The translations under genes and the position numbers were made by a program. Positions 22,343 to 35,461 of a stretch of 64,000 bases of DNA are shown here, piece by piece. The notes beneath the pieces were generated by a model. The model saw only the letters and a list, made by a program, of their open reading frames with translations, searched no databases and was not told the origin of the DNA. The first letter of the stretch is position 1; each line of letters starts with the position of its first letter. The stretch is from Gammaproteobacteria bacterium (GTDB lineage: Bacteria > Pseudomonadota > Gammaproteobacteria > UBA4575): positions 416,001 to 480,000 of the forward strand of contig CBDEUS010000002.1 in assembly GCA_965243395.1 (NCBI GenBank), written 5' to 3'.

Positions 22343-23497
22343 TTATTGAGATAACTTTGATAATGCCTGCTCTAAGGCAAGAGTTAATTGATCAATATGT
22401 TCCTTAGTATGTAATGTACAAAGACTGACTCGTAGGCGAGCGGTGTCTTGTGGAACGGTGGGAGGGCGAATAGCGGGCACCAAAATTCCCGACTTTAAAA
22501 GTTCGTCACTTACTTTTAGTGTGTCTTCACTGTTACCAATAATAATGGGTTGAATAGGTGTGTTGGAACTAGAATGAGTAATATTTTTTTGCGTACAAGA
22601 TTCACGAAAATATTCAATTAACTCTTGTAAGTTTTCTCTGCGCCAACTTTCAGTTTTGATTAATTGCAAACTGGCCCGAGTAGCTTCTGCTATGGCGGGC
22701 GGTAGCGCAGTAGTATAGATATAGCTATGTGCCTGCTGTATTAGCCATTCAATAATTTCTTGTTTAGCTGCGACGAAGGCACCAAATGTTCCAAATGCTT
22801 TACCTAGTGTACCAACCAGAATGGTGTCGTTAAGAAGTATATCTTCAGCGCTCCCTTTGCCGTATTTTCCTAGTACCCCAATACCATGCGCATCATCGAT
22901 TATCAGGGTTGCGTGATACTTCTTTGCGATTGACTGTAGTTCACTTATGGGTGCAACAGTCCCATCCATACTAAATACACCGTCAGTTAAAAGTAATTTA
23001 CTATCAACATCATTATTTACGATTATCTCTTCAAGCTGATGTGTATTTAAGTGTTCATAGCGGTTTAGTTTTGCACGTGACTGGATAGCCGCGTCATTTA
23101 GTGAGGCATGATTTAGTTTATCTGCGAAGATAGCACTGTTACGCGATCCGAGTGTGCTAACCACCCCTAAGTTCGCCATATACCCAGTAGAAAACAATAA
23201 TACTTTTTCACAACTGAGAAATCCTGCTAACTCTTCTTCCAACTTTGTATGACATGCATGATGACCAGTTATTAAATGTGAGGCCCCCGCGCCCACGCCG
23301 TATTTCGTGGTTGCCTGAATGATACTTTCTACAAGCTTTGGGTGATTTGCTAAACCCAGATAGTCGTTACTGCAAAAAGATAAAACTTTTTGTCCATTAA
23401 TAACGGGCTCAATTTGTTGAGCAGACGAAATCACTCTTCGTGAGCGAAATAGATTTTTTTCGACCAGCTTATCTAGCTCAGTTGCTAGATTTTTCAT
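22343..23497 (-). CDS. bioF: 8-amino-7-oxononanoate synthase
   Basis: FCSNDYLGL, DGVFSMDG, DDAHG, GTLGKAFG, AIRPPTVP. Confidence 0.95.
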   Translation of the reverse strand: MKNLATELDKLVEKNLFRSRRVISSAQQIEPVINGQKVLSFCSNDYLGLANHPKLVESIIQATTKYGVGAGASHLITGHHACHTKLEEELAGFLSCEKVLLFSTGYMANLGVVSTLGSRNSAIFADKLNHASLNDAAIQSRAKLNRYEHLNTHQLEEIIVNNDVDSKLLLTDGVFSMDGTVAPISELQSIAKKYHATLIIDDAHGIGVLGKYGKGSAEDILLNDTILVGTLGKAFGTFGAFVAAKQEIIEWLIQQAHSYIYTTALPPAIAEATRASLQLIKTESWRRENLQELIEYFRESCTQKNITHSSSNTPIQPIIIGNSEDTLKVSDELLKSGILVPAIRPPTVPQDTARLRVSLCTLHTKEHIDQLTLALEQALSKLSQ

Positions 23498-23503
23498 CTT
23501 AAT

Positions 23504-24493
23504 TTAATTTATGGTTGCGGTTTCTTGAGTCGGAGAATTTATTTGGTCAGCTTCAATACCAAGTTTGTTAAATAAATCCTGATCTTTTATCGTGGCAGGA
23601 TTTTTCGCGGTCAACAAAGTTTCACCATAAAATATAGAGTTTGCCCCGGCAAAAAAACATAATGCTTGTGTCTGTTCATTCATATCTTCACGCCCTGCTG
23701 ATAAGCGTACATAGGTATTCGGCATGAGAATGCGCGCAATAGCAATGGTGCGGATAAATTCAAATGGGTCAAGTTTTTCAAGTCCATGCAATGGCGTACC
23801 TTTAATTTGTATTAGCATGTTGATGGGAACAGATTCAGGGTGCTTTGGTAAGTTAGCCAGCTGTAGCAATAGTCCCGCACGGTCTTCTCTAGTTTCCCCC
23901 ATACCCAAGATACCCCCACTGCAGACGTTAATTCCTGCATTACGTACATGTTCTAAAGTATCGAGTCGATCTTGATATGTACGTGTAGTAATTACATTGC
24001 CATAAAATTCAGGAGAGGTATCCAAGTTATGGTTGTAATAATCTAAACCCGCTTGTTTCAAGTGCTGTGCTTGCGTTGCGGTTAACATGCCAATAGTTAC
24101 ACAAGTTTCCAGCTTTAACTGCTTCACGAGTTTAATCATTTGTACTATTTGCTCTAAATTTTTATCGGAAGGATTTCGCCACGCAGCACCCATACAAAAT
24201 CTTGAAGCACCATTTTGTTTTGCAGCTTCGGCGTGTTCCCTGACTTCCTCTAATGCCAGCAGTCGTTCTTTTTCGACGTTAGTGTCATAGTGACCACTTT
24301 GTGGACAGTAAGCACAATCTTCCGAGCACGAACCAGTTTTTACGGAGAGCAAAGTACTGACTTGTACTTTATTTGGGTCATGATGTTCACGAAATATGCG
24401 ATGTGCTAAATATAGCAAATCATTAAATGGAAGCTGGTATAAGTCCAGGACCTCATGTTTTTTCCAGTTATTGCGGACGATGTCGGTAGGCAT
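23504..24493 (-). CDS. bioB: Biotin synthase
   Basis: [11 protein letters not shown] radical SAM motif, YNHNLDT, PESVPIN; start taken at ATG 24493. Confidence 0.97.
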   Translation of the reverse strand: MPTDIVRNNWKKHEVLDLYQLPFNDLLYLAHRIFREHHDPNKVQVSTLLSVKTGSCSEDCAYCPQSGHYDTNVEKERLLALEEVREHAEAAKQNGASRFCMGAAWRNPSDKNLEQIVQMIKLVKQLKLETCVTIGMLTATQAQHLKQAGLDYYNHNLDTSPEFYGNVITTRTYQDRLDTLEHVRNAGINVCSGGILGMGETREDRAGLLLQLANLPKHPESVPINMLIQIKGTPLHGLEKLDPFEFIRTIAIARILMPNTYVRLSAGREDMNEQTQALCFFAGANSIFYGETLLTAKNPATIKDQDLFNKLGIEADQINSPTQETATIN

Positions 24494-24559
24494 ATATAAA
24501 TTGAATATAATAAAATAGTATTTAAAGAGCCAAACCAAGTCTAATCTTTTGCAGTGGGG

Positions 24560-24590
24560 TGTCAACAAGAGCATGACTTCTAAATTGACG
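24560..24590. promoter_or_regulatory. Possible BirA operator overlapping the bioB -35
   Basis: TGTCAACA-N15-AATTGACG resembles TGTAAACC-N14/16-GGTTTACA. It overlaps a minus-strand TTGACA-16-TAGACT. Confidence 0.35.
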
Positions 24591-25301
24591 TTTTTCCAGC
24601 TTATCCTGAAAAAAACAGCACAAATCATTTATCCAAATGTTTGTCTTCAGTGTGGTGCAGAGGGCGAAAATAGGATTGATCTTTGCCAACGTTGTTACCA
24701 AAGCTTGCCATGGATTAAATTTTATTGTCAAAAATGTGCGTTACCATTAACTAGTAGTGATGCAAAGATTTGTGGTGCATGTAATAAGAAAAATTATTAT
24801 TTTGACCAAACTGTAGCTCCTTTTCAGTTTGAAGGTTTTATTCGTGATGCTGTATATCAATTTAAATTTAAGCAAAAATTAAACCAAGGTAAACTCTTGG
24901 CGCGATTATTTATACGTTCTATTGAAAATAGAGAATACACTGTTCCAGATATTATTATTCCTGTTCCACTACATAAAAAGCGCTTGCGAAAACGCGGTTA
25001 TAACCAGGCTTTGGAGATTGCAAGAATTATAAGTAAAAAACTGAATTGCGATCTTTCTTATAAAGACATATACCGTAATCGAGATACAGGCGTGCAAATG
25101 GAACTGCCCGCTAAACAGCGCTATAAAAATGTAAAGAACGCTTTTTCTTTAACGAAAAGTTCAATAGATTTCAAAAATAAACATGTGTGCATAATTGATG
25201 ATGTAATGACTACAGGAAACACTGTAAACGAGGCGGCTAAATGTTTAAAAAAAGCTGGAGCAAAGAAAGTTGATGTGTGGTGTATAGCGCGTGTTGCTTA
25301 A
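24573..25301 (+). CDS. comF: ComF/GntX family protein
   Basis: N-terminal CxxC zinc motifs, [20 protein letters not shown]; divergent from bioB. Confidence 0.9.
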   Translation: MTSKLTFFQLILKKTAQIIYPNVCLQCGAEGENRIDLCQRCYQSLPWIKFYCQKCALPLTSSDAKICGACNKKNYYFDQTVAPFQFEGFIRDAVYQFKFKQKLNQGKLLARLFIRSIENREYTVPDIIIPVPLHKKRLRKRGYNQALEIARIISKKLNCDLSYKDIYRNRDTGVQMELPAKQRYKNVKNAFSLTKSSIDFKNKHVCIIDDVMTTGNTVNEAAKCLKKAGAKKVDVWCIARVA

Positions 25302-25324
25302 TGTCTGCCATCAACTAATAGTGG

Positions 25325-26236
25325 CTATGATGAAAATAGATAATGTACAAAGATTCCTAAAAACACCATCATCCCAAAATAATTATTATTTAAAAATGCA
25401 TAGAAACAACGGTCGGGCAAGCGATGTTTGATGAGCATCTGTTGGTAAACAAAAAATAAACTGGCTAGCGCAATGCCAGCATAGTATATCCAGCCCAATT
25501 CAGCATTAATCCCCACTAACACCAAACAAAGAATAACGAGTAATTGCAATATGCCTATCACGACTTTGTCCATAGGGCCAAATAATATTGCGGTAGATTT
25601 AACACCAATTTTTATATCGTCTTCTCGGTCCACCATCGCATATAAAGTGTCGTAGGCAGTAGTCCAAATTACTGCTGTGGTAAACAACAACCATGCCATG
25701 GGCGGTGGATAATCATTGTTTATAGCAGTGAATGCCATAGGAATGGAAAACGCAAACGCAATTCCTAGGTGTACTTGTGGTAAAAAATGAAAGCGTTTCA
25801 TAAATGGGTAGCTTGCAGCAAAAAGAGCTGCGCCTATAGCAAAGAACACTGTTAACTCATTTAAAAAAATTAACACAAGAAGTAAAGCAACGAATGCGAG
25901 GACTGCGCATACATATAATGCTTCTTTAGGTTCAATCAGACCGGCAGCAAGTGGACGGTCTCTTGTACGACCCACAAAACGATCTATATTTCGGTCAGCA
26001 TAATCATTAATCGCACAGCCCGCTGAACGTGTGAGAATGACACCCAGGATAAACACTAATAGGACTTTGATATTAGGTATTCCATCTGCGGCAATAAATA
26101 ATGCCCAGAGAGTAGGCCATAACAATAATAAAATTCCGATCGGTTTATTGAGACGCACCAATTTCGCATATAAAAATAAACGATTTACATCAATTTTACT
26201 AAATTTACCTTGGGGCTTTTGAATACGTTGAATCAT
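25325..26236 (-). CDS. ubiA: 4-hydroxybenzoate octaprenyltransferase
   Basis: RLNKPIG, AGCAINDYADR, YDTLYAMVDREDD; start taken at ATG 26236. Confidence 0.95.
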   Translation of the reverse strand: MIQRIQKPQGKFSKIDVNRLFLYAKLVRLNKPIGILLLLWPTLWALFIAADGIPNIKVLLVFILGVILTRSAGCAINDYADRNIDRFVGRTRDRPLAAGLIEPKEALYVCAVLAFVALLLVLIFLNELTVFFAIGAALFAASYPFMKRFHFLPQVHLGIAFAFSIPMAFTAINNDYPPPMAWLLFTTAVIWTTAYDTLYAMVDREDDIKIGVKSTAILFGPMDKVVIGILQLLVILCLVLVGINAELGWIYYAGIALASLFFVYQQMLIKHRLPDRCFYAFLNNNYFGMMVFLGIFVHYLFSS

Positions 26237-26241
26237 ATTTT

Positions 26242-29021
<2,780 letters not shown>

Positions 29022-29030
29022 AATTATTAT

Positions 29031-29576
29031 TTAGTTTGAACGAATGATTTCACCACTGAGTAAATCACATATTGTACTTGGTATAGACGTTCCAGGTTTA
29101 CCTAAAAGTATGTAGTCCACATGAGGACCAAACCAATTTCTAACTTCTTCATAGGAGGCGAGTATTTTGTATGTGGAAAGATTAGCACTAGTTGAAACAA
29201 CACCACTCATTTTAGCTGCGAGTTGACCTGCGATGAGATGTTCACTTATACGAACGGCAATTTTTTCATGTTCTCCAGTAAGCCATGTAGGTGTTTTTTC
29301 ATTTGCAGGTACTAACCAAGTCGTATTTTCACTAACGGATATCTTTGTTTTTTGCTCTTTCGATAATGACAAAGAATATCTTTCTAAGGTTTCATAATTA
29401 TCAGCTAAAACAATTAGGCCTTTTTCAAACGCACGGTTTTTTAGCCATAGAAGTTTATTAATTGCACTTTCGTTGTAAGGGTCACAACCTAGCCCTAAAA
29501 CGGTTTCCGTACTGTAAGCAATGACACCACCATGTTGCATGATGGTAATGGCTTGCGATAATTGATTAAAGAGCAC
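29031..29576 (-). CDS. tsaC: Threonylcarbamoyl-AMP synthase (YrdC)
   Basis: TETVLGLGCDP, KNR...KGLI, STSANLS. Confidence 0.88.
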   Translation of the reverse strand: MLFNQLSQAITIMQHGGVIAYSTETVLGLGCDPYNESAINKLLWLKNRAFEKGLIVLADNYETLERYSLSLSKEQKTKISVSENTTWLVPANEKTPTWLTGEHEKIAVRISEHLIAGQLAAKMSGVVSTSANLSTYKILASYEEVRNWFGPHVDYILLGKPGTSIPSTICDLLSGEIIRSN

Positions 29577-29578
29577 GT

Positions 29579-32029
29579 TTACTTTGCAGTACTTTTGTCT
29601 TTACCTGTTTTTTTGGATTTTTTTGTTGCAGCTTTTTTCTTAACAGATTTCTTTTTACTTGCAGTTTTTTTCTTTTTCGCAGTGGCTTTTTTCTTGGTGG
29701 AGGTTTTCTTTTTTGTTGCAGCTTTCTTTTTGCGTCCCCATTTTTTTTCAGGCGCCTCAGCAATCATTTTTTGACATTCTTCTAAACTGAGAGATTTTGG
29801 TTCTGTATCTTTAGGCACTTTTACATTTTTATTGCCATCGGTGACATAAGGGCCATAGCGGCCGTTGAGAATTTGGATACCTTCTTCTTCCCAGTTTTGA
29901 ATGATCTTATTGGCATCGGCAATTTTTTTCTCAGCAATAACTTCTAATGCACGTTCTAAAGTTATCGTGTATGGATCATCTCCGTTATCTTTTTTTATGG
30001 AGACATATTTGCTTCCATATTTAACATAAGGGCCAAATCGCCCAATACTTGCCGAAACTTTTTCCCCTTCCTCGGTTTCACCTAAGTCGCGTGGTAATTT
30101 AAACAACTCCATAGCTTGTTCAAATGTGATGTCTGCCATTTTCTGGCCGGGTAATAATCCCGCAAACTTTGGTTTTTCTTCATCATCACGCGTACCAATT
30201 TGCACAAAAGGCCCATAACGTCCCATACGAACGCTCACCGGTTTACCTGATTTGGGATCCGTACCGAGCTCTCTTGCTTGAACAGCTTCCTCACGCGTAA
30301 CACTTTCTTCTTTGTCAGCCACTAAAGTGTTAAACGGCTTCCAGAATTTATGCATTACAGGAACCCAGTCTTTTTCACCACGCGAGATTTCATCTAAATC
30401 ATCTTCGAGTCGTGCTGTGAAATCGTAATCTACATATTGTGTGAAATGTTTGGTTAAGAAGTCATTTACAATACGGCCCATTTCGGTTGGAGTGAATCGG
30501 CGGTTTTCAACTTCTGCATATTCACGATATTGCAAGGTTGAAATAATACTTGCGTAAGTGGAAGGTCGGCCAATTCCATATTCTTCTAATGTTTTCACCA
30601 GACTGGCTTCTGTAAACCTCGGCGGTGGTTCAGTAAAATGCTGCTCTGCTCTAATTTGATTAAGTTTTACTGATTCACCAATTTCAAAATTTGGCAGCAT
30701 TTTTTCATCAGGCTCATCTTTCTTGTCATCTGTTCCCTCCATGTAAATCTGCATGAAGCCGGGAGTTTTGATAGATGAACCGGTAGCACGAAAAATATTA
30801 CCTTCACCACAATTAAATTCTACTGCTACCAAATTTAAGGTTGCATGAATCATTTGACTTGCAACCGCACGTTTCCATATCAGCCCATAGAGTTTCAACT
30901 GATCAGTACTTAAGTGCTTTTTAATCTCCTCTGGAGAGCGCATAAAAGAAGTTGGACGAATCGCTTCGTGTGCTTCCTGGGCATTTTTAGATTTTGTTTT
31001 AAAAGTGCGTACTTCGTTTGGTAAATTTTCTTTACCATATTTGTCACCAATGAATGTTCGCAATTCGTCAATAGCTTCTTGTGCCAGTACTACTGAATCT
31101 GTACGCATATAAGTTATTAAACCTACTGCACCATCTCCCAGGTCTATACCTTCATAAAGTTGTTGAGCTACACGCATGGTTTTTTGCGCTGAAAAACGCA
31201 GTTTTCGCACCGCCTCTTGTTGCATAGTGGATGTAATAAACGGTGCTGCCGGATTACGCACACGCTCTTTTTTATCAACGCTTTTTACAACAAGTTGTCC
31301 ATTAGCGTTTTTTTCTAGTAGTTGCTTTGCCTCAAATGCATCTTTCTCATTATTAATATCAAATTGTTTAAGTTTGTTATTTTTATAAATCGAAAGCTTG
31401 GATAAAAACTCTTGTTTATCTTTTTCACAATCACCTTCGATAGTCCAATATTCTTGTGGTACAAACTTTTCAATTTCAGCCTCTCGTTCACACAATAATC
31501 TTAATGCAGGGCTTTGAACGCGACCTGCAGATAATCCGCGTTTAATTTTTTTCCATAAAAGTGGAGAGAGGTTAAAGCCAACTAAATAATCTAATGCACG
31601 ACGCGCAAGTTGTGCATTAACCAAATCATCAGAAAGTTTACGAGGATGATCTACTGCATCGTTAACTGCGCGTTTAGTAATCTCATGAAATACTACTCGA
31701 TAAACTTCTTTATCATCGAGTAACCCGCGATCTTTGAGTAATTCATATAGATGCCACGAGATTGCCTCACCTTCACGATCTGGGTCTGTTGCTAGATATA
31801 AAGCCTCGGATTTTTTCAAGGCTTTAGTAATCGCATTAACATGTTTTTCATTTTTTTCGATGATTTCATACTTCATTTCAAACTCATTGTCAGGATCTAC
31901 TGCACCTTCTTTAGGTACTAAATCACGTACGTGCCCATAAGAGGCGAGCACACCAAAGTCTTTGCCAAGATATTTTTCAATCGTTTTGGCTTTTGCAGGA
32001 GACTCTACAATGACAAGATTTTTACTCAT
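29579..32029 (-). CDS. topA: DNA topoisomerase I with C-terminal GRY/FGP repeats and a Lys-rich tail
   Basis: LVIVESPAKAK, ATDPDREGE, AGRVQSP, LITYMRTDS, GIGRPSTY; three G(R)xGPxV repeats; KKKAATKKK tail. Confidence 0.98.
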   Translation of the reverse strand: MSKNLVIVESPAKAKTIEKYLGKDFGVLASYGHVRDLVPKEGAVDPDNEFEMKYEIIEKNEKHVNAITKALKKSEALYLATDPDREGEAISWHLYELLKDRGLLDDKEVYRVVFHEITKRAVNDAVDHPRKLSDDLVNAQLARRALDYLVGFNLSPLLWKKIKRGLSAGRVQSPALRLLCEREAEIEKFVPQEYWTIEGDCEKDKQEFLSKLSIYKNNKLKQFDINNEKDAFEAKQLLEKNANGQLVVKSVDKKERVRNPAAPFITSTMQQEAVRKLRFSAQKTMRVAQQLYEGIDLGDGAVGLITYMRTDSVVLAQEAIDELRTFIGDKYGKENLPNEVRTFKTKSKNAQEAHEAIRPTSFMRSPEEIKKHLSTDQLKLYGLIWKRAVASQMIHATLNLVAVEFNCGEGNIFRATGSSIKTPGFMQIYMEGTDDKKDEPDEKMLPNFEIGESVKLNQIRAEQHFTEPPPRFTEASLVKTLEEYGIGRPSTYASIISTLQYREYAEVENRRFTPTEMGRIVNDFLTKHFTQYVDYDFTARLEDDLDEISRGEKDWVPVMHKFWKPFNTLVADKEESVTREEAVQARELGTDPKSGKPVSVRMGRYGPFVQIGTRDDEEKPKFAGLLPGQKMADITFEQAMELFKLPRDLGETEEGEKVSASIGRFGPYVKYGSKYVSIKKDNGDDPYTITLERALEVIAEKKIADANKIIQNWEEEGIQILNGRYGPYVTDGNKNVKVPKDTEPKSLSLEECQKMIAEAPEKKWGRKKKAATKKKTSTKKKATAKKKKTASKKKSVKKKAATKKSKKTGKDKSTAK

Positions 32030-32180
32030 CGTTGATTCGATTCATTAAGTTTTTAATATAGATACTTATTAATAAAGGTTATGGCGGCGAACTATTACGC
32101 GTTTCTTGGGCATTTGTAAATGCCTACGGCATTATTCTTTGGATAATTATTTGTAAAAGTAGTCTTTTCCCTGACTAAAT

Positions 32181-33335
32181 TTAACTATATGAGGGAGTTT
32201 CCTGATAGATATGACAACGCACATATATACCATTGCCATGGTGGATGACTTGATTATTCAGTTCTAAAATCAACAGGATAGAAGAAACAACCTCTACGGC
32301 CAAACCGCTGTGTTCGATTATCTCGTCAATACTCATGGGTTCTGTACCCATGCAACTTAAAATTTTCTCATGCTGCGGATCTAAAGAGCGAGATTCATCA
32401 ACGCCATCGTGGCGCGCAGAAATTTTCTCATCGACTTTCAGCGTATTTACATCAATACAATGTGCAAGTTCTTCAAGCACGTCTTCTACGGTTTCAACTA
32501 GTTTTGCACCATTGCGAATTAATGCATGGCAACCCTTTGAGAGAGGGTTGTGAATAGAACCTGGAATCGCAAATACTTCACGTCCTTGTTCGTTGGCTAA
32601 GCGCGCAGTGATTAACGAACCACTTTTGACAGAGGCTTCCACTACAAGTATGCCTAAACTTAAGCCACTAATAATGCGGTTTCGTCTTGGGAAATGTCCC
32701 GGAGAAGGCGAAGTGCCTATTGGAAATTCTGAAATGATTAATCCGTGTTGTGAAATTTGTTCCGCTAACAGACGATGTTCAGCCGGGTATACACGATCTA
32801 AACCACAAGCTGCAACTGCAATCGTACTTCCTATACTTGCCTGTAGAGCACCTTTATGTGCAGCGCCATCAATGCCACTTGCAAGACCACTAGTAATGAC
32901 TAAACCTTTATTCGCTAGTTGTGTTGCAAAATTTTTTGCAGTCTCTTTGCCTTGTGCACTTGCATTACGACTTCCCACAATTCCCAGTTGAGGATCAGCT
33001 AACAATCCTTCAAGCAGAGACTGATTACCTAATGCATATAATACATACGGAGGGTCTGTTATTTGTCTAAGTAACTCGGGATAAACCGGGTCCTGAAAAG
33101 TAATTAAGTGATGATCTTCATGTTGCAGCCATTGCAAATCTTTTTCTATCGCCGCTTTATCAGGATGATGTAAACCATCAATAACGTTTTTACTTATTCC
33201 CAGTGTCTGTAAACTGTTGCGACTCGCATTGAGTATTTCTGATGGCGAGTTAAATTTTGTAAAGAGTTTTTTTAATGTTGCAGGGCCAAGTTTATCGACA
33301 TGAACGAGTGTTAACCAAGCTTCGGTGTGCTGCAT
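32181..33335 (-). CDS. dprA: DNA-processing protein DprA
   Basis: IVGSRNAS, TSGLASGIDG, FPRRNRIISG, SGSLITA, GREVFAIPG. Confidence 0.97.
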   Translation of the reverse strand: MQHTEAWLTLVHVDKLGPATLKKLFTKFNSPSEILNASRNSLQTLGISKNVIDGLHHPDKAAIEKDLQWLQHEDHHLITFQDPVYPELLRQITDPPYVLYALGNQSLLEGLLADPQLGIVGSRNASAQGKETAKNFATQLANKGLVITSGLASGIDGAAHKGALQASIGSTIAVAACGLDRVYPAEHRLLAEQISQHGLIISEFPIGTSPSPGHFPRRNRIISGLSLGILVVEASVKSGSLITARLANEQGREVFAIPGSIHNPLSKGCHALIRNGAKLVETVEDVLEELAHCIDVNTLKVDEKISARHDGVDESRSLDPQHEKILSCMGTEPMSIDEIIEHSGLAVEVVSSILLILELNNQVIHHGNGIYVRCHIYQETPSYS

Positions 33336-33396
33336 GTGAGTACTTATGATTTTTTATTATCCCCAAAGCAGATTGTAGCGGGATCTAGACGCAAAC

Positions 33397-33433
33397 GAAA
33401 ATAAACCCCTAAAACCGTTGGTCTTAGGGGCTT
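33397..33433 (-). terminator. Rho-independent terminator after the LysM gene
   Basis: Minus strand GCCCCTAAGACC-AAC-GGTTTTAGGGGT, then TTATTTT. Confidence 0.65.
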
Positions 33434-33453
33434 AGAAATTATTAATAAAATGA

Positions 33454-34665
33454 TTAAGGGCTAGTAGCAGAATCGCCAACTTGAATCGAACGAGTAGTCT
33501 CCATTACTAATGCATAGCTTACTTTCTCAAAAGTTCTAAACACCATGGCTCTACCTGCTGTTTCTTCCGGTAGCTCAACGTCTACAAGTGATCCAGGTTT
33601 TTCGAATGGATCCGCTACGACACGGCCCGCTTGATTGATATCTAAGACATGACCTTTTTGAATTCCGTTACGTTCTCCTACGCTTAAAGTAATGACCTGA
33701 TACGTGCCTACCTGGCTAATTGCATCAAATAAAGAAATGACATGGCCATGGGTTTCTGCAGGAGGTGCATGGGGAACAAATTCTGTATCGATTTCACCAA
33801 AATTTACTGGCAGTAGACGATCTCCACGTAATGCTTCACGTTTAGTTTGAGTTAAATCAAATGTTACTGGGTCATCCGCACGAATGACTTGTCCATCACC
33901 AACAATTATCGCTTCAAAGCCCAGCAATTCATCTGTTTCAGGATCATGCAATGCTTCACCTTTGCGAAACACAGTATATTGTCCTTGCGGTTCTTCTTGA
34001 AAACCCCGTGCATACACGCGATCGCCTGCACCGAAAGCTAAACGCTCTTCAATCGAGCTTAGTATGTAAGGAGCACTATCAAGTGTTTCTTCGCTTACAA
34101 CACGTGGACGGATAATAAATTGTTGGATAGCGGGAATGGCAATACCATAGGTTTGTGCATCAATGTTTTCACCACGAATTTTCGGAGAAAGCTTGGCAAC
34201 ACGTGGTCCATCATCCACTGTTAAATATGGTTTACCACCAACATAAAAAATTGAAATTACATCACCCGGAAAAATTAAATGCGGATTTTCTATTTGTGGA
34301 TTGAGGTACCAGATTTCAGGCCAATACCAAGGCTGGACTAAAAATTTATTGGACAAATCCCATAATGTGTCACCAGGTACAACAGTATATTGCTCAGGTG
34401 CAGAGGCTTTAAATTCTACATTATGCTGGTCAGGCGAGACCGGTAGATCCTCTATTCGAGGTTCATCCGCAGCATCTACTGCTTGAGTTTCGGTACTACT
34501 GACTTCAACCGCAGGTTCATTAATTTCTATATCTGAATCACCCGTTTCGTTCGTAACCTCAGATGTTGTCGTACAAGAGGAGAGCATGGTTACCAACAGC
34601 GCGCTTGAAAAGACGCTAATGAGTTGATTGATGAATGTGCCGTGATGCTTGAATTTCCCCAGCAT
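33454..34665 (-). CDS. LysM-domain lipoprotein, TsaP-like (type IV pilus secretin-associated)
   Basis: YTVVPGDTLWDLS...WPEIW...NPHLIFPGD; lipobox-like LSSC; conserved position between def and dprA. Confidence 0.8.
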   Translation of the reverse strand: MLGKFKHHGTFINQLISVFSSALLVTMLSSCTTTSEVTNETGDSDIEINEPAVEVSSTETQAVDAADEPRIEDLPVSPDQHNVEFKASAPEQYTVVPGDTLWDLSNKFLVQPWYWPEIWYLNPQIENPHLIFPGDVISIFYVGGKPYLTVDDGPRVAKLSPKIRGENIDAQTYGIAIPAIQQFIIRPRVVSEETLDSAPYILSSIEERLAFGAGDRVYARGFQEEPQGQYTVFRKGEALHDPETDELLGFEAIIVGDGQVIRADDPVTFDLTQTKREALRGDRLLPVNFGEIDTEFVPHAPPAETHGHVISLFDAISQVGTYQVITLSVGERNGIQKGHVLDINQAGRVVADPFEKPGSLVDVELPEETAGRAMVFRTFEKVSYALVMETTRSIQVGDSATSP

Positions 34666-34830
34666 ATTAATCCTTATCCGTTGTTGAAGACGTTTTTTTG
34701 CTAAACTAATTAATAGTATTTTTAGGTTATTGTATGACCTTATTAAGCCCATGGTAATCTGCAAAAAGTATCTTATCGATGCGAGCTAGAAAGGTAATAC
34801 TAAATTAATTTATAACTATTGTGTAACTTA

Positions 34831-35373
34831 ATGGCGCTTCTACAAATTTTACACTTTCCAGACCCCAGATTGAGGAAAAAGGCTGTACCAGTCGATGAGG
34901 TGAATGATCAGATCCGACAGACGGTGGAGGATATGTTTGAGACCATGTATGACGCTCCAGGCATAGGTTTGGCGGCTACTCAGGTCGATATTCAAAAGCA
35001 GATCATTGTCATCGATGTCTCCGAAAAGCACACAGAGCCATTGTGCCTTATCAATCCTGAAATTATTGCCAAAGACGGTGAAGAGGAAATGCAGGAAGGT
35101 TGTCTATCTGTGCCAAAGATCTTCGAAAATGTGCAACGCTACGAAAACATTACCGTACGTGCGCTGGATAAAGATGGTCGGGAATATACCCTGGATGCGA
35201 ATGGCCTACTTGCGGTATGCATACAGCATGAAATGGACCATCTGGATGGCAAGTTATTTATTGACTATTTATCACCTCTTAAAATGCAACGTATTAAGAA
35301 AAAAATGCTCAAATTAAAAAAATATGAGAGCACTGAGGATGATCCCGTTGCGCAATCGGCCAAAATTATTTAA
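34831..35373 (+). CDS. def: Peptide deformylase
   Basis: [23 protein letters not shown]. Confidence 0.98.
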   Translation: MALLQILHFPDPRLRKKAVPVDEVNDQIRQTVEDMFETMYDAPGIGLAATQVDIQKQIIVIDVSEKHTEPLCLINPEIIAKDGEEEMQEGCLSVPKIFENVQRYENITVRALDKDGREYTLDANGLLAVCIQHEMDHLDGKLFIDYLSPLKMQRIKKKMLKLKKYESTEDDPVAQSAKII

Positions 35374-35461
35374 AGGCATGTTTAATTCCTAGCTGCAACC
35401 CTCAGCTATTGGGCGCCACGCCACTCTTACATGCAATTTCAAACGTATACGATCTGTTTTG

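Noticed and set aside
29566-29774. Lys-rich and Phe-rich short ORFs and repeat-like DNA
   Set aside because: These are alternative frames of the TopA Lys-rich tail, not separate genes or an array.
34860-35260. Apparently higher GC in def (and the 3' part of xthA)
   Set aside because: Only a visual impression in core genes with normal synteny; I cannot quantify it here.
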